Below, piece by piece: positions 45,561-57,865 of a DNA stretch of 64,000 nt (position 1 is the first letter of the stretch; the number at the start of each line of letters is the position of its first letter). This DNA is from Nemertoderma westbladi (Eukaryota > Animalia > Xenacoelomorpha): contig JAUCBJ010001770.1 of assembly GCA_032718475.1 (NCBI GenBank), positions 809 through 64,808 on the forward strand, read 5' to 3'. Made by a program: the position numbers and the translations under genes. Below the pieces are notes generated by a model. That model was not told where the DNA came from and did not search any database. It saw only the letters and a list, made by a program, of their open reading frames with translations.

Positions 45561-47265
45561 ACTAATTATATAATGAGCGCCTACCTACAGTATCTACATC
45601 ACAATTATTTATTATGAAAATGTAATATTATATTTAATTAATAATTTAGTTAATCTTATAACTACTGTAGTAACTACAGTACTACAGTTATGTACTGTTG
45701 ATTAAAACGTATATCAAGAATACCTTCTTCAAGGTCTACTCTAAACCTAATATGTTTAAATAGTTCACCTTTGATGGGAACAACTTACTGTAGGCCATAA
45801 AGACGCACTTTAAGGTATCGAAAAATGTGTAGGTATCAGGTCGAAAGGAATATAACCAATAATAGGAAATAGCAGAGAATATGAAAGTATCACTTTCAGA
45901 CATTGGGTACTCACTCACTAGTACTTGTGAACTGTAAGCCCATTGTCCATCACAATCAAATAATGCAGCCTATGGTGTAGTACATTACAGTATGTACTAA
46001 AAATGGTTCAGATGTAACGGCTTAGAAACTTATGCAGCTTACAGCTCATACTTAAACAGCTCATCTCCAATTTATTTAGAAACTTATGGACATAGGATTT
46101 GCAGACATTTCGCCATCTAGTAATAGATTGACAAACTACTGCAAGGGGATCAGCTCCCACAGTGATATATATAATACAGTATATGTATCGCTGTTGTACA
46201 TTTCTGGCACGTTTTTGCTTGAACAGATGAAAACAAAGAAATTGAAGAGGATTAAAGTTTATTTATACATTTATACGGAGAAAAAATTTCCTTTAACACG
46301 TGCGCACGTGTTTCTAAGTGTTTAGGGGAATACTTAAATATACTTTGATTGGCTAAATAATACTGGTACAGTACAGTATATGAATTACAACCTTTATTGT
46401 TAAAATTTACATTATTTACCGCTCAGACATTGGCCAGCGGTAAATAAGATTTACATTATTTACCTAGGTAAATAGGGATTATTGCTCTTCAATCAGTCAA
46501 CTTTGTACTGTAATAAATACTATTCTGGGGCATTTTATTTATTTAATGAGTTGCTATGTACGACTAGTAAAATGACATCAATTAATTAATAATCTTCAAA
46601 TAAATAATATGTTCCAGAATATTGTATATTTATTAAATAAAATAAATGCCCTGCCCTGCAGGCTGTAACGGATGCAAATATCTTCACATTTTGAACGACC
46701 ATATCTCAGCTATTTCTCAACGACATTAAGATATTTACAAATTTGGAATCCTTGTAACAACACCTTTCCCTTGGTATCAACAAATCACAATAAGGACGAC
46801 GAATAATTGCGGTGCGACTGTTGCAATGTTTATTTACTTATTAAACAATAATATATTTTAATAATTATAATAATATGGATGATAAAACACGTTATTTACA
46901 TTTTTGCCACTCGATCTGACTTATTTAGCTCCCTCTCTGCGCTCGGTCGGTAAATAACAGAGCTCGTGACGAAGGGTAAATAAAGCATATTTTAATTACA
47001 AATTACCGTACAATAAATAGTTATTTTTGCGGGTCATTCGATTCAAAATACATTATATTTGTATGTTGTTGAAACTCTAAACAATGTCTGAACGCGCTCT
47101 TTTGATATCAACGTACTTCAACTAAGGCCAGATTTACGGTCAGACACATGGGCAGACACACGGTCAGATTTCATCTGCTTTAAGACTAAATAATGAAATT
47201 ATCCTAAGTGTCCCCGTCAAATTAAAAGAATATTGATATGCTTACAAAAGAACAGATATACTCAC

Positions 47266-47605
47266 CTGAGTTATACGTATACACATTGTTCGTGGTCCCC
47301 AATACATAATTGTTGTTTTGGTCTCTGTAGGCGAAGGTTATCGATCCACTAGGGCCGGGGAATTCCGCAGTAATAAGCTTTGGGTAGCCGAAATCGATCT
47401 GAAATGTGTCGTCATTTCCTGCGCTCGTGCGACGGGTGCGGTAGACATAGGATCCAGTGAAAACATAGAACTGGTCGTTTTGGATCTCGACAACAGCATC
47501 TATTGGTCCGATTCCATTTCCGCAAGCAGAAAACCCGAACTGGGCGTTAGATAGCCCAACAATGTAGAGCATGAGTAGAAGGGTGCCAAAGAGTTTGGGA
47601 CCCAT
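47266..47605 (-). CDS. Paralog 2 exon 1 (signal peptide and first hemopexin blades)
   Basis: MGPKLFGTLLLMLYIVGLSNA|QFGFSACGNG... Donor CAG|GTGAGT, phase 1, 2791-bp intron at a position equivalent to paralog 1. Confidence 0.92.
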
Positions 47606-48648
47606 GGTTTAATTGAGGGACTTGTAATCTATTGACTGCGATAATAATTTATTTAACTAAACTAAAAATCAATAAATAAAAGTTCTCGTATGGGTATCGG
47701 GCACACGAGAATGAGAGCGTGCGTTGGTAGGAATGTTGTATATAAAACACGGGGTGGTGTGATCATGGTTGCTAGGTGTGTCTCTTAAAGTTTGGGGCCA
47801 ATTCTGCCCCACCCATAACCTCGTATAATTGGTCTTATAACTTCTTACTTAAGTGGATTATGTTACTGCTATAGGCTTATAGCAAAGGAAATATTTAGTT
47901 TCCATTTCATACAATGAACAAGAATGCCAAATTATAATTCTGTACTCAATTGTTAAGTTATTTGTCTAATATTTGGCTCGGTTTGTTAATTTGAAACAAT
48001 ATATGGCCGTATACTTGAAGTAGGGCGTTTCCCTGTTCCCTATCGAAATTAACTCATTAATTAGTTAGACCCACTTTCACATGATCCAAGCGTGTGTAGG
48101 ATCGTATAGAGCTGTATAAACGACGAACGTTGACTCCTACACACCAGCCTATGATTGGTCAGTTAGAATTTGAACTCATTCTAGGTAATTTCCACAGTAT
48201 AAAAGTACAAAAATTCTATTTTTGGAATTAGTATTAAGTCATAACTAATAAAAATTACGACAAAAAGTAATATTGAACGAATAATATTTGGTGTGACAGA
48301 TAGTGAATGGTTGTAAGCTGGTGTTTGTGACCATTTAGCGACATCAACTGAATATTTTATAACATATACTTTACTTCACTGCGCTAACCCAAACACATCG
48401 GTTAATACGCGTTGTAGTATATCGTTGTCGGGGGATTATTATTATTATTCACTTGGTATACAATGTAGCCTATCTAAATTCCAGTATTATTACAAAAAAT
48501 AATATACATTTGATGGGGCCGCCGTGCAGCGAATGCCACGGGGAATAGATTGGAACGTCTCGTGCTGCGCGATGGGCCCATGAAAGTGTTTTTTATAGCT
48601 ATATAAATAACAATTTATTAATTAGATATTGTTTAATTCTACTTGCAG

Positions 48649-48856
48649 TGTGAATCCACTCCTGACCAGAGGTGACAACGACGATAACTGGCCTGGGTCC
48701 AGTATAGCGTCCCTCAGGCGACGAGCCTTGGAACACGCCGCCACTTTCAGTGGGAATTGCGCCCATCCCTTAGTACCAACTGCCAATGGGATCACTCTAA
48801 CTGATATCCGAGATGAGTCATGGTTGTCCAGAAGACACAATGAGTACCAGAGATAA
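48649..48856 (+). CDS. otp: Orthopedia terminal coding exon D (OAR domain)
   Basis: Acceptor TTGCAG| is phase-2 compatible with the donor at 15078. Encodes WPGSSIASLRRRALEH, the Otp-type OAR motif (vertebrate WRGTSIASLRRKALEH). TAA at 48854, AATAAA at 48868. Confidence 0.88.
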
Positions 48857-49653
48857 ATACTGATTTCAATAAAGTATACTCACTGAATGTATCCAACTTT
48901 TTAGTTTGGTGCTTGAAAAAAACTAGAATCAAACTATTCGATAAAGGGCCCTGAAACGAGCGTGTATCTATGACAAAGACAAATTTGAAAATCTGCTAAC
49001 TTAATTAAGCTGACTCAGATCTGTTAGGCGGTCCATGATGTTAGTAACAAAGTTTGTAGGGTCGAGGTGATTGTCGTAATGTGCATATTGTCAATGTTTG
49101 AACTTTATCAATATCTCAGCCAATTATATTTGGAGGGTCGAAACTGCCCCTCCCTATAACCAAATGCTGCTGATTTTGTCTAAACACCCCAGCGCTAATA
49201 GGGTGTTAATAACAAACGACTACTAATATCTCACTGTGCTTACATATCATCACTTGATTGTGGGAAGGACCAAATTAAGCCTTCGTGCGCCAACAAAAGG
49301 TCTTAAAAATTCTGCCCCACATCATGCCGGTACCTTGTAAAACCCGATTATAAAGAAATTATGTAATGAACCATTATTGTGAGAGATAAACTCAGTTCGC
49401 TGCCCCGTAGAAGCCCCAGACGGTGAACAATATCCCCTGCGCAGACCAACGCACTACAGACCTGCGAGAGGCATTGAAGAAAACCCAAAGAGAGTATCGT
49501 AGCCGACACAATAACGAATATAAAGAATTAATAAAGAATTAAAATGTAATTACTTTTTTCCAAAGTAATACATAATTATTTAAATAGGTTTTAGGGTGTG
49601 TTCGAATGATTCTCGGGAATTTTTTCTATTTATTAATTTTACAATATTGTAGC

Positions 49654-50722
49654 TAGGGATGTTGCGAATGTCATATTTTTAACATCCGCGGATGCAGAGC
49701 AGATGCGGATGTCTATTAAAACATATATTTTTGCCTGGCCCCCCCTTTTACATCAAAGTTATACCAGCATTTTATATTATTAAGAAATAATTTTGATAAT
49801 TTATACTTTGATAATTTTTTAACAGTATAAATTTTAATAATAAATAATTTTTTTGAAACTAACTTTTTTGGACTCAGCACCTTCGTTTCTACAAAAATTA
49901 TCCAGCCGATTTTTTTAATTATTAATTTTTAAAAAATTAAATAAATTTATTAATTAAAATTTTCAATAACATTAAAAATTTTTTTTTTCAAAAAAGTGCT
50001 GGATAATTTTTCAAGATGTTCAATAAAACCTTTCAAACGAGCCATAAATTATCGAATTTGGGTGAAAAACGGCGGAGGAGTAGTATTTTGAAAAATGGAA
50101 ATATCGTGAAATGTAATTCCGAGATAATTTGCTTTAAAGTTTGAACTTCCCGCTCAAACCTGACTGTCTGTAGTCTGTTAATCGGTCAGTAATGATTGAT
50201 ACAACTATGGCTTCATACCAACACCTAAACCTAAAATTAATTAATTAATTAATTAAATACCTAAAATTATCAATATGGGGGTTTTCGGGGTCGGTGATTT
50301 CATTTCTGATGTCAGTTTTAATGTTTGGTTGTATCTAATATGTCTGTCTGACAGCCTGTCTGTCTGTCTTTAAAATTTTGACGGACAAACTGATAGACGG
50401 AAAGACAGACGGAAAGACAGCGATAACTCGAGAACTAAAAAAGATATCGCCTAACCGTTTCAAGATTTGAACTCTCCATTAAATTCTGCACCAGATGAAA
50501 TAGAAAACCAAAAACGTGATAATTGTACCCAAGGAGGGGGTACCCCCCCCCCCCCCCCCCCCCCTTAACGGAGTGGTTGCTGGACCGGGCCTTCAGAGAG
50601 GATGCTTGAATAGTGCATGTAACATCCGCATGTCACATCCGCATGCCATGGGTGCGGATGGGAATGCGGTTGCGAAAAATCATTGCGGATATCCGCGGAT
50701 GCGGACATTCGCCACATCCCTA
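49654..50722. mobile_element. hAT-type MITE (1069 bp)
   Basis: TIRs TAGGGATGTTGCGAATGTC / GACATTCGCCACATCCCTA. Perfect 8-bp TSD ATTGTAGC. Subterminal GCGGAT/ATCCGC repeats. Confidence 0.93.
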
Positions 50723-51404
50723 ATTGTAGCACAGCAAAAAGTTTAGGTAACTTAACTAGAGACAATTACAAACATACTTTAAATACAAAGAAGGTAGCTG
50801 CTCTTTAGCGTTATGAAACTCTGATTTTTTTTTAGATAAATAGATTTAAATATTTTAGTTTAATCAACTCACTCCGGGCAAGTCAATAAAAATTCCCCTT
50901 TTTCAAAACTTGTGATATAAAATAAAAACTTTATATCAGTAAAACAGTTACCACAGTAACCAGAAATATTTTGATATTAGTAGTGAAGAAAAGTATATAT
51001 TAGTTTATTTCAATCAATGTCTTTATAGCATGTTTAAGTGATAGTAAGTTAGTGACTATGAGATAACAATTCTTTAAAGTTGATGGTAGGCCTTCGTGTT
51101 ATTAAAATAATATCTTAAGACTTTGTTCTAGAACAACGTAAGCCGAAGTGCTGCAGTTGTTTAAACGAGCTGATTATTTTGAGTTAAATGATTGGTTATT
51201 ATTGTTAATGTGGTGCGCTGCAGTTTGATTTTCATCCCGGAATAGTGCTGGTCTGTTACAAATGAATGTACTGGACTGTTGTAACGCCATTTCTAACAAA
51301 AGCGCAGTGATTCGGTATTCTGTGGTGAATCGTTAATAAGTATAAAATTAATATTAAAATGATATATAAATAAACATAAACTCGCCAAGATATCTACACT
51401 GAAC

Positions 51405-53834
51405 TTATCGATCCTCACAGGGGAATATATTGCGAATGAGTTGTTCCACTGAAGGCCGTTTGGTTTGGTCGCGTTGCAGACAGACACGCGCCGTCTCTAG
51501 TACGCTGCTACTGCAATGTCCTTCGGGAAAAGCGATCGGTGCAGAGAGGATAGCCTTGGATCGTTGGTAGGCGTTCCCGATACTCTGGAAGGGGGTCTTC
51601 CCGAAGATCATGTAGTAGAGGATGATGCCAAGACTCCAGACGTCGGACTTACGGGAGATCCGAAGTTGGGCGCAGTCCTTGGGGTCTAGGGCCTCCGGGC
51701 TCATGTAACTTAGCGTCCCCGGTTGGCTCCACTTATATATACTAGTCATGTCTTTAGCCAAATTATTAGCGATACCGAAATCGATTAGTTTGAGTCGGCC
51801 GTTAACGAATAGAAAGTTCGCGGGTTTGAGATCGGTGTGGATGACACCCCGACTGTGGATGGCCGCGACGAGTTCCAGAATCTCGAGCCACACTGAGCGG
51901 GCTCGGCAATTAATCCCGCAGTGTTTGGAGCGCAGGAAGTGGGCCAGATCGGTGCTGCCGCATTCCATAACAAGGAGTATACGATCGCTGGATATATCGT
52001 AATCTATAACTTTTATCACTTTGCCGGTGTCTTGCAACTTACTGAGGGTATCGACCTCACTAATAAACAAGGCTTTGTTCTCATCATCCTCATCTTTAAG
52101 ATCGACGATTTTTAACGCGTAAATTTGTCGCCGATCGTCCAACACTTGGTAGACGTTGCTGGAACCGCCTTTCCCCAACAGTTTCAGTATCATGTAAACG
52201 TGTCCGTTGAAGGCCACGCTGTCCATGGTGAATACATTGTGTCCGCTGGGCGATGCGATTATGGATTTACGTAGTTCCGGTTTAGCGCCCGGGTTATCTC
52301 TATGGTGGCTCCGGATTGCGTTGTCACAGGGTTCGTTCTCTTTATTTGTTGTGTCTCTGACGGCTAAGGGCCGGGTTCGGTACTGCACAACATCGGTACA
52401 GGAAATCGCGGTAGCTTGTGGTCCGGTAGAATTTTTAAGTTCATGTTGATTGTCTGTTTGTCGGTCTATAACAGTCTGTTGATTGTCTGTTTGTCGGTCT
52501 ATAACAGTCTGTTTATTGTCTGTTTGTCGGTCTATAACAGTCTGATGATTGTCTATTTGTCGGTTACTGACTGTCATTCTGTTCGTATCGTTAACTCTAT
52601 ATGATTCAGTACCGACGCCCCTCGATGGAGGGTGATCTACATCCTCTTTGCAACTGGTTAGCGTGCGAGTGTCAGTTTTATTTAAGCGATTCGGTTTCTC
52701 AGATATGATGGCTGTTTCTAGTCGATCGCAAAACGGAACTATTTCTGGGTGACAAGTTGTTTCAGTATCATTAGTGGGACCGGCTACCTGCAGCACACCG
52801 CTGTTTACGTCCATTCCTCCGCCTACCAAACCGGCACCGTTGTCCACTCCACCGCTGTCCACTCCATCGCTGTCAACTCCACCGCAGAACACACCCCCAA
52901 GGCTGTCCATTTCACCGTCCAATACGTCGGTCCCGCAACTCTGCGTCCTTTGCCGCGTTTTGCCGACAACGTCACCGAATCCCAACGCCTTGGGGGCGAC
53001 GTTGCCTTGTATTGTGGGCTTCAGATTGGGGTGTTTGTGAACCGTAACGGGGCAGCGGTGTTTGGGTGGGTAGCGGCGATGGGAGTTGGGCCATGGGGTG
53101 ATGTCGCTACCACGGGAGCGGGAGGAGGCAATTAGGGATGCGTTTGGGGAGGAGCACGGGGGCATATGGGAGGAGCCCACCGGTAGGGTTTCACGAGTCA
53201 CCCACGTTTGCGTTCCCCTCGACTTCTCAGCGGAATCCCGTGGAGGAAAAATAAAACGTTCAAGAACGGGAACCCGCTGAGGCAGTCCTTCTGCGCTGGA
53301 GACAGGAGAGGAGCAACCCAATGCGTTGTCCTCTATTAGTTTAGTTATACTTCTCAGCGGGCTGACCCGGCAATCAGAGCCGCCAATTTCGGAGAGGGCG
53401 AGAGCTATCGCCTTCTTAGGTTGGGCCTCGTTGTCCAGACCTTTGAGCAGAATATCGCCGGCTTGCTGCTTGTGGCCTAGGGAGAGTTGAAACATCGCGT
53501 AGTCTATATAGAACCCGGCGTCGGGTACTGGTTTCGTTAGACCCCACTCGTAGCTGCGTTCGGCCTCCTTGCATCGCGCGTGCGCGTGCTCGAAGCGCGC
53601 TTTTGACTGGAGTAGCTTGATCCCGTCCGCTGTGTCGACGACCTGGGAATTGAATAGAGCCGTACACCGTTGATACAAAGAGGAAATATCATTGTAAACG
53701 GAATCGCGAGTTAACCCACGAGATTCAAGCTTCTGCTGAGTTTTCTTTATATAGCTGAGCCATTCCTTGAGACTGAGAGAATTGAGGTCGTCTTCTGCTG
53801 GAGATTTCGATTGTAAATCCGAACAAATTTCCAT
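51405..53834 (-). CDS. TTK: Dual-specificity spindle-checkpoint kinase Mps1/TTK, intronless CDS (809 aa)
   Basis: N-terminal TPR-like helices (FYIDYAMFQLSLGHKQQAGDILLKGLDNEAQP). C-terminal kinase with GKGGSS, YALKIV, MECGSTDL, HTDLKPANFL, LKLIDFGIAN, TS..GTLSYMSPEA, KSDVWSLG..GKTPFQ, typical of Mps1. Confidence 0.92.
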   Translation of the reverse strand: MEICSDLQSKSPAEDDLNSLSLKEWLSYIKKTQQKLESRGLTRDSVYNDISSLYQRCTALFNSQVVDTADGIKLLQSKARFEHAHARCKEAERSYEWGLTKPVPDAGFYIDYAMFQLSLGHKQQAGDILLKGLDNEAQPKKAIALALSEIGGSDCRVSPLRSITKLIEDNALGCSSPVSSAEGLPQRVPVLERFIFPPRDSAEKSRGTQTWVTRETLPVGSSHMPPCSSPNASLIASSRSRGSDITPWPNSHRRYPPKHRCPVTVHKHPNLKPTIQGNVAPKALGFGDVVGKTRQRTQSCGTDVLDGEMDSLGGVFCGGVDSDGVDSGGVDNGAGLVGGGMDVNSGVLQVAGPTNDTETTCHPEIVPFCDRLETAIISEKPNRLNKTDTRTLTSCKEDVDHPPSRGVGTESYRVNDTNRMTVSNRQIDNHQTVIDRQTDNKQTVIDRQTDNQQTVIDRQTDNQHELKNSTGPQATAISCTDVVQYRTRPLAVRDTTNKENEPCDNAIRSHHRDNPGAKPELRKSIIASPSGHNVFTMDSVAFNGHVYMILKLLGKGGSSNVYQVLDDRRQIYALKIVDLKDEDDENKALFISEVDTLSKLQDTGKVIKVIDYDISSDRILLVMECGSTDLAHFLRSKHCGINCRARSVWLEILELVAAIHSRGVIHTDLKPANFLFVNGRLKLIDFGIANNLAKDMTSIYKWSQPGTLSYMSPEALDPKDCAQLRISRKSDVWSLGIILYYMIFGKTPFQSIGNAYQRSKAILSAPIAFPEGHCSSSVLETARVCLQRDQTKRPSVEQLIRNIFPCEDR

Positions 53835-54077
53835 TGTTCCCGGTATCGGCAGATCGGTATATTCTGATATTAGCTGATTGATTAGTCCAGTACAGCAGTA
53901 GTCCTACTGCAGTACTACCCGTACCAGTACTGACTGTCCTACAATCCTACATTCAACATGTACGCTGGCAGGCTGGTACGGCAGTACGGTACGGTACCGT
54001 ACCGGTAGTGAAGTCTACCCGGTCTTGGTCTTCCAGTCTTCGGACATCTGGACATGGGTGCGGTTGCGGCACCACTG

Positions 54078-54406
54078 CTGCATTATAACGACACCCCCAG
54101 CACTGCATTTTACATTATAATTTGATAATAGACATGTGGCTGAAGGCAGGTTAGTTCTGTAGAAAAGGATCAGGGTACATAGGCATGATAGGCGAGTTAG
54201 TTAGCAGTTAGGGGAACCAAAACAATAAACGAAAGTTAACACGTAAACAAGATTATCTAGGCCTATATCAGTTCAGTAGCCTATACAGCTATATCAGTAG
54301 ACAGTAGAGGCAGAGAGGCCCTACAGCCAGCCCTAAACCGGTATATAAGCAGATAAGTGCTGGGGCTGTGGCGCTGTGGGGTGGGTGGGGTGTCGTTATA
54401 ATGCAG
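54078..54406. mobile_element. Small MITE-like element with 20-bp perfect inverted repeats
   Basis: CTGCATTATAACGACACCCC (54078-54097) / GGGGTGTCGTTATAATGCAG (54387-54406). TSD not resolved. Confidence 0.55.
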
Positions 54407-54829
54407 TAAGTGCCCATGGCTGCATGGGCTGATGGGTGCTTGCTTAGGCTAGATCAGTAGATCGTGGCGCGCCTTTGCCAGTTTGCTTTTTCAATCTGTA
54501 AATTACTGAATTCAGGAATTACTGAATTAGGCCAACCAATACTGCAATACACAATAATTCAGTCAGATAGTAAAACACAGAAAGGAAACAAGTGATGTGA
54601 TTGGCTGGTTGGAGAAAGCGGCTACCAAGCACAAGCAGCAACCAATCTGCCAATCACGTTATTCTGTTATTCATGTTTAAAAGAGCGCGCGAATAAATCC
54701 CACCTGTCTGCCTGCTAGCTGTAATTGCTACAGTCTGACAGTCCGACATTTTTTATTGTGTTCTATCCTGTAAAAATAGCTTCACACGTCACACTCACAC
54801 CTACTGTATCTGCTTTCATTTTACTTTAC

Positions 54830-56130
54830 TTACCTGAACAGTTCGGATTTATGCCGGGAAAGTCCACAACAATGCCATTATCACAATTAATAAAACAAAT
54901 TCACGAGAATCTATCCTCTCCTAAGAAGCTGTTTACAGGTTTACGCTGTTTATATTGACTTCCGCAAAGCATTCGATTCAGTACCCAGATCCAAGTTACT
55001 ATTTAAACTCCGGTTTCATTTCAACATTAGGGGCAACCTTTATACGTTAATAAAATGCATTTTAAAGATTAACTACATACAAATCTTCGACGGCCGACGG
55101 CCTCAGAAAGTCGAAAATAGTCGAGCAAACACATGAAACACGGGGAGTTCTTCAGGGAGACAGTCTCAGCCCCCTGCTGTTTATTCTGTTCATATTTGAC
55201 ATTGTCAGCCACATTAAACGTGTAATTTCCCACATCGGTAAGCTGATAATATTGCTCTTCGCCGACGATCTCTTGTTTTACGGAGACTCCTGGGAGGCAG
55301 TGCAGGCCGGGCTCGACGCGGTCGCAGTATGGTCGGCAAAAAACGGTCTCGACGTGAACCTAACGAAAACCAAAATCATGAAGTTCCGTCGTGGCGGTCG
55401 CCTCGCCAACGCCGACAAGTTCACGTACGACGGAAACCCGGTCGAGATTGTCAACTCTTACAAATATCTCGGCATCACCCTGCAGACGACACTAAGTTTC
55501 TCGAAGCATGTAGCGGCAACTATGTGCAAAGCAGTAATGGCCATCCACTCAATTAACAAACCCGAACTGCTATCACTTACTACATCTATCAAATTGTTCC
55601 AGATAAAGATTTTACCAATCGTCCTCTATGGTTGCAGGGAAATCTGGCCGTTCCTTACTGTAGCCAATATGATCGCAATCGACAAGATTAAATCTACTTA
55701 CTTAAAGAAAGCGCTTTGCCTACACAAGTCAACCCACAACCGGCTAGTCACTGCACTCTGTAATGAACGGACTCTCGTCGCAGACATCGTCTCCAAACTC
55801 CATCTTCCACTAACTGCAAACTATAATAGCTACAGGGACATCGTAGCTCTCAAAACCAGCGAAATCCCCACCGGTTTCTGGCAGTCGCTCGGGTTCACTG
55901 ACCGCAGTTGGTGTGGCCCAAACCGTAGACAGCGGCACGTGACCACGCGCTTCAGCGTGCTCGGTTTTCACCACCGTATCAGCACGAACCGCTCCTTCCA
56001 CGTCCCCATCAGCCCATAGACTCCTGCACCTGTAGTCTATGCGGACTCACGCACGGCTACAACGTACCACCTGCTAGACTGCCCACAGAATACCGCCTCC
56101 CTCTCCAAATGGGCGAACTCTGCCGAATAG
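54830..56130 (+). mobile_element. 5'-truncated non-LTR retrotransposon (RT and C-terminal Cys/His motif), frameshifted
   Basis: QFGFMPGKST, DFRKAFDSV, GVLQGDSLSPLLF, LFADDL, YKYLGI, and a terminal C..C...HLL.C motif. Confidence 0.88.
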
Positions 56131-56529
56131 CCCCCCCCCCCCCCCCCCGACCAGTTTTTTACAATGAATTAATAATCCAATTTTATTTTTCTTAACTATA
56201 TGAACCATACATTATACTACTATTTATTTTACTTGGAATTTTGTACTGTACATTGTGCCACACCAGGCGTTATTAATAATATAAATTTTACTTTGTAGCG
56301 TTGACCGCGATGATATATCGCACTGCTGCGCCCGTGGGTTTTCATCTCTTCACTCAGTTAGCAAATTGACAGTTTCTATTTTTGAACACAGTAAGTGCAG
56401 TAGTCAGTAGTAAATACTGTACCAGTATAATATAATAATAAATAAATATGAAATTGAAATGAACTACTGTAAACATTCAAAATTGCACCAGTTACTCGCT
56501 ACACAGTACGTGACACTGTTGATTTGTCT

Positions 56530-56790
56530 ACATTTATCCAGCTGGCAACAGTCAATTGCATCGACCCCGTTGCATAAAATCACAGGCTTAAGCAAACTTG
56601 TTGTAAAGCCGTTAAAGCATACCCTCGACCTGTTGAGTGTTCAATAAATGGCGATAGATCATTAGCTAATCGAATTATATTTGCACTTTCAAACCCAAAT
56701 AGACACTTTAATACAATATCGTCATATTTTTCCAATGGATTAAGTCTATCTCTAAAAACGCGCTCTCTCCGCAATGTTCTTCTACTCTCT
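56530..56790 (-). mobile_element. Harbinger/PIF (HARBI1-like) transposase N-terminal relic
   Basis: RRERVFRDRLNPL...ALTALQQVCLSL*FYATGSMQ matches the Harbinger LRFYATG motif, with a TGA in place of the Arg codon. Confidence 0.75.
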
Positions 56791-57561
56791 ATAACCATAA
56801 AATTGAAATAAGAATTCATGTTCTGCTAATGATAAAATTAACAGCAAACTTTTTCTTTACAGTAGGTTATACTGAGAGCACGAAATAATAAAATTAGCCA
56901 ATTAGAAGTCCTTACTAGGCTATCTTGATAGCTCCTGACCTATCTAGCAAATTCGAGTACGTACTACAGTAGGTAGTGCTAACTACTTTCACCAAGTGCT
57001 TACTAGGTTAGTTACTTTACTTGCAACCACTTTTCAAGTGAGTACTAGAAAGGGTAGTTTCAACTAAGAATGTATACTTGAATGGTTTTATTGCAACTGA
57101 AAAATATTACTACCTAGTTAACACTAGGCTATCTAGTCTAAATTTTCTAGTTATGCACCTAGTTACTTTTCGTGCAATCGGGTCATAGCACAGCTGCGCC
57201 CGTGGGTTTTTATCTCTTCATTTTGTTAGCAAATAATAATAATAATATATATTTATATCGCGCCTTTAAGAATAAAAATATACTTGCAAGGCGCCAGCAA
57301 TAACGATATGAAAGTCATTAAGGTATACACGAATACATAAATGAAGAAGAGTATACACAGAGAAGGTATACATAAATGATACTAAAAACAAACCTTCAAA
57401 CTAAAGAAGATAATGATATATTGTTGGTCGGTAATATAGTATAGACTCGGCGATATTTGCGATCAGTTATTACATAATAGAAAAACTCCTACTCTCCCCT
57501 AATATCAGTTAAAATTTTGGTAAATCAGTTTAAAATATATTAAAATCCGCTAACCGGCATA

Positions 57562-57865
57562 TTAAAATGTGTGTAAAATTACATAATTGACACAGGTTAA
57601 AAGGAAATGTAAAATCGTATAGCGAGAAATAAACTGTAACAATTTTATTACTGTAACAATAATATCAGAAACGCGTTTACACTGATCTCTATAAGCAGTT
57701 TGGTCAACAATAAGTTTAGATTTTTGATACTTCCTCTCTAATTGTCGCCGTTTTCTTTTCTCCTCTGCAATGTTATCGTTGTACCACTCTGACTCGGGAC
57801 GTCTTCGCACGGTTTTCCGCATTACCGGAGCATGTTTATTCATTATCATGGATAATGTGTCATTG
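57562..57865 (-). mobile_element. L2/CR1-like LINE ORF2 relic, part downstream of the insertion
   Basis: LSMIMNKHAPV...WYNDNIAEEKRKRRQLERKY is a typical post-endonuclease linker. Confidence 0.8.

Noticed and set aside
51748-53667. Short antisense and off-frame ORFs over TTK (also those over the hemopexin-like genes and Penelope)
   Set aside because: Shadow ORFs of real coding sequence with no independent support.
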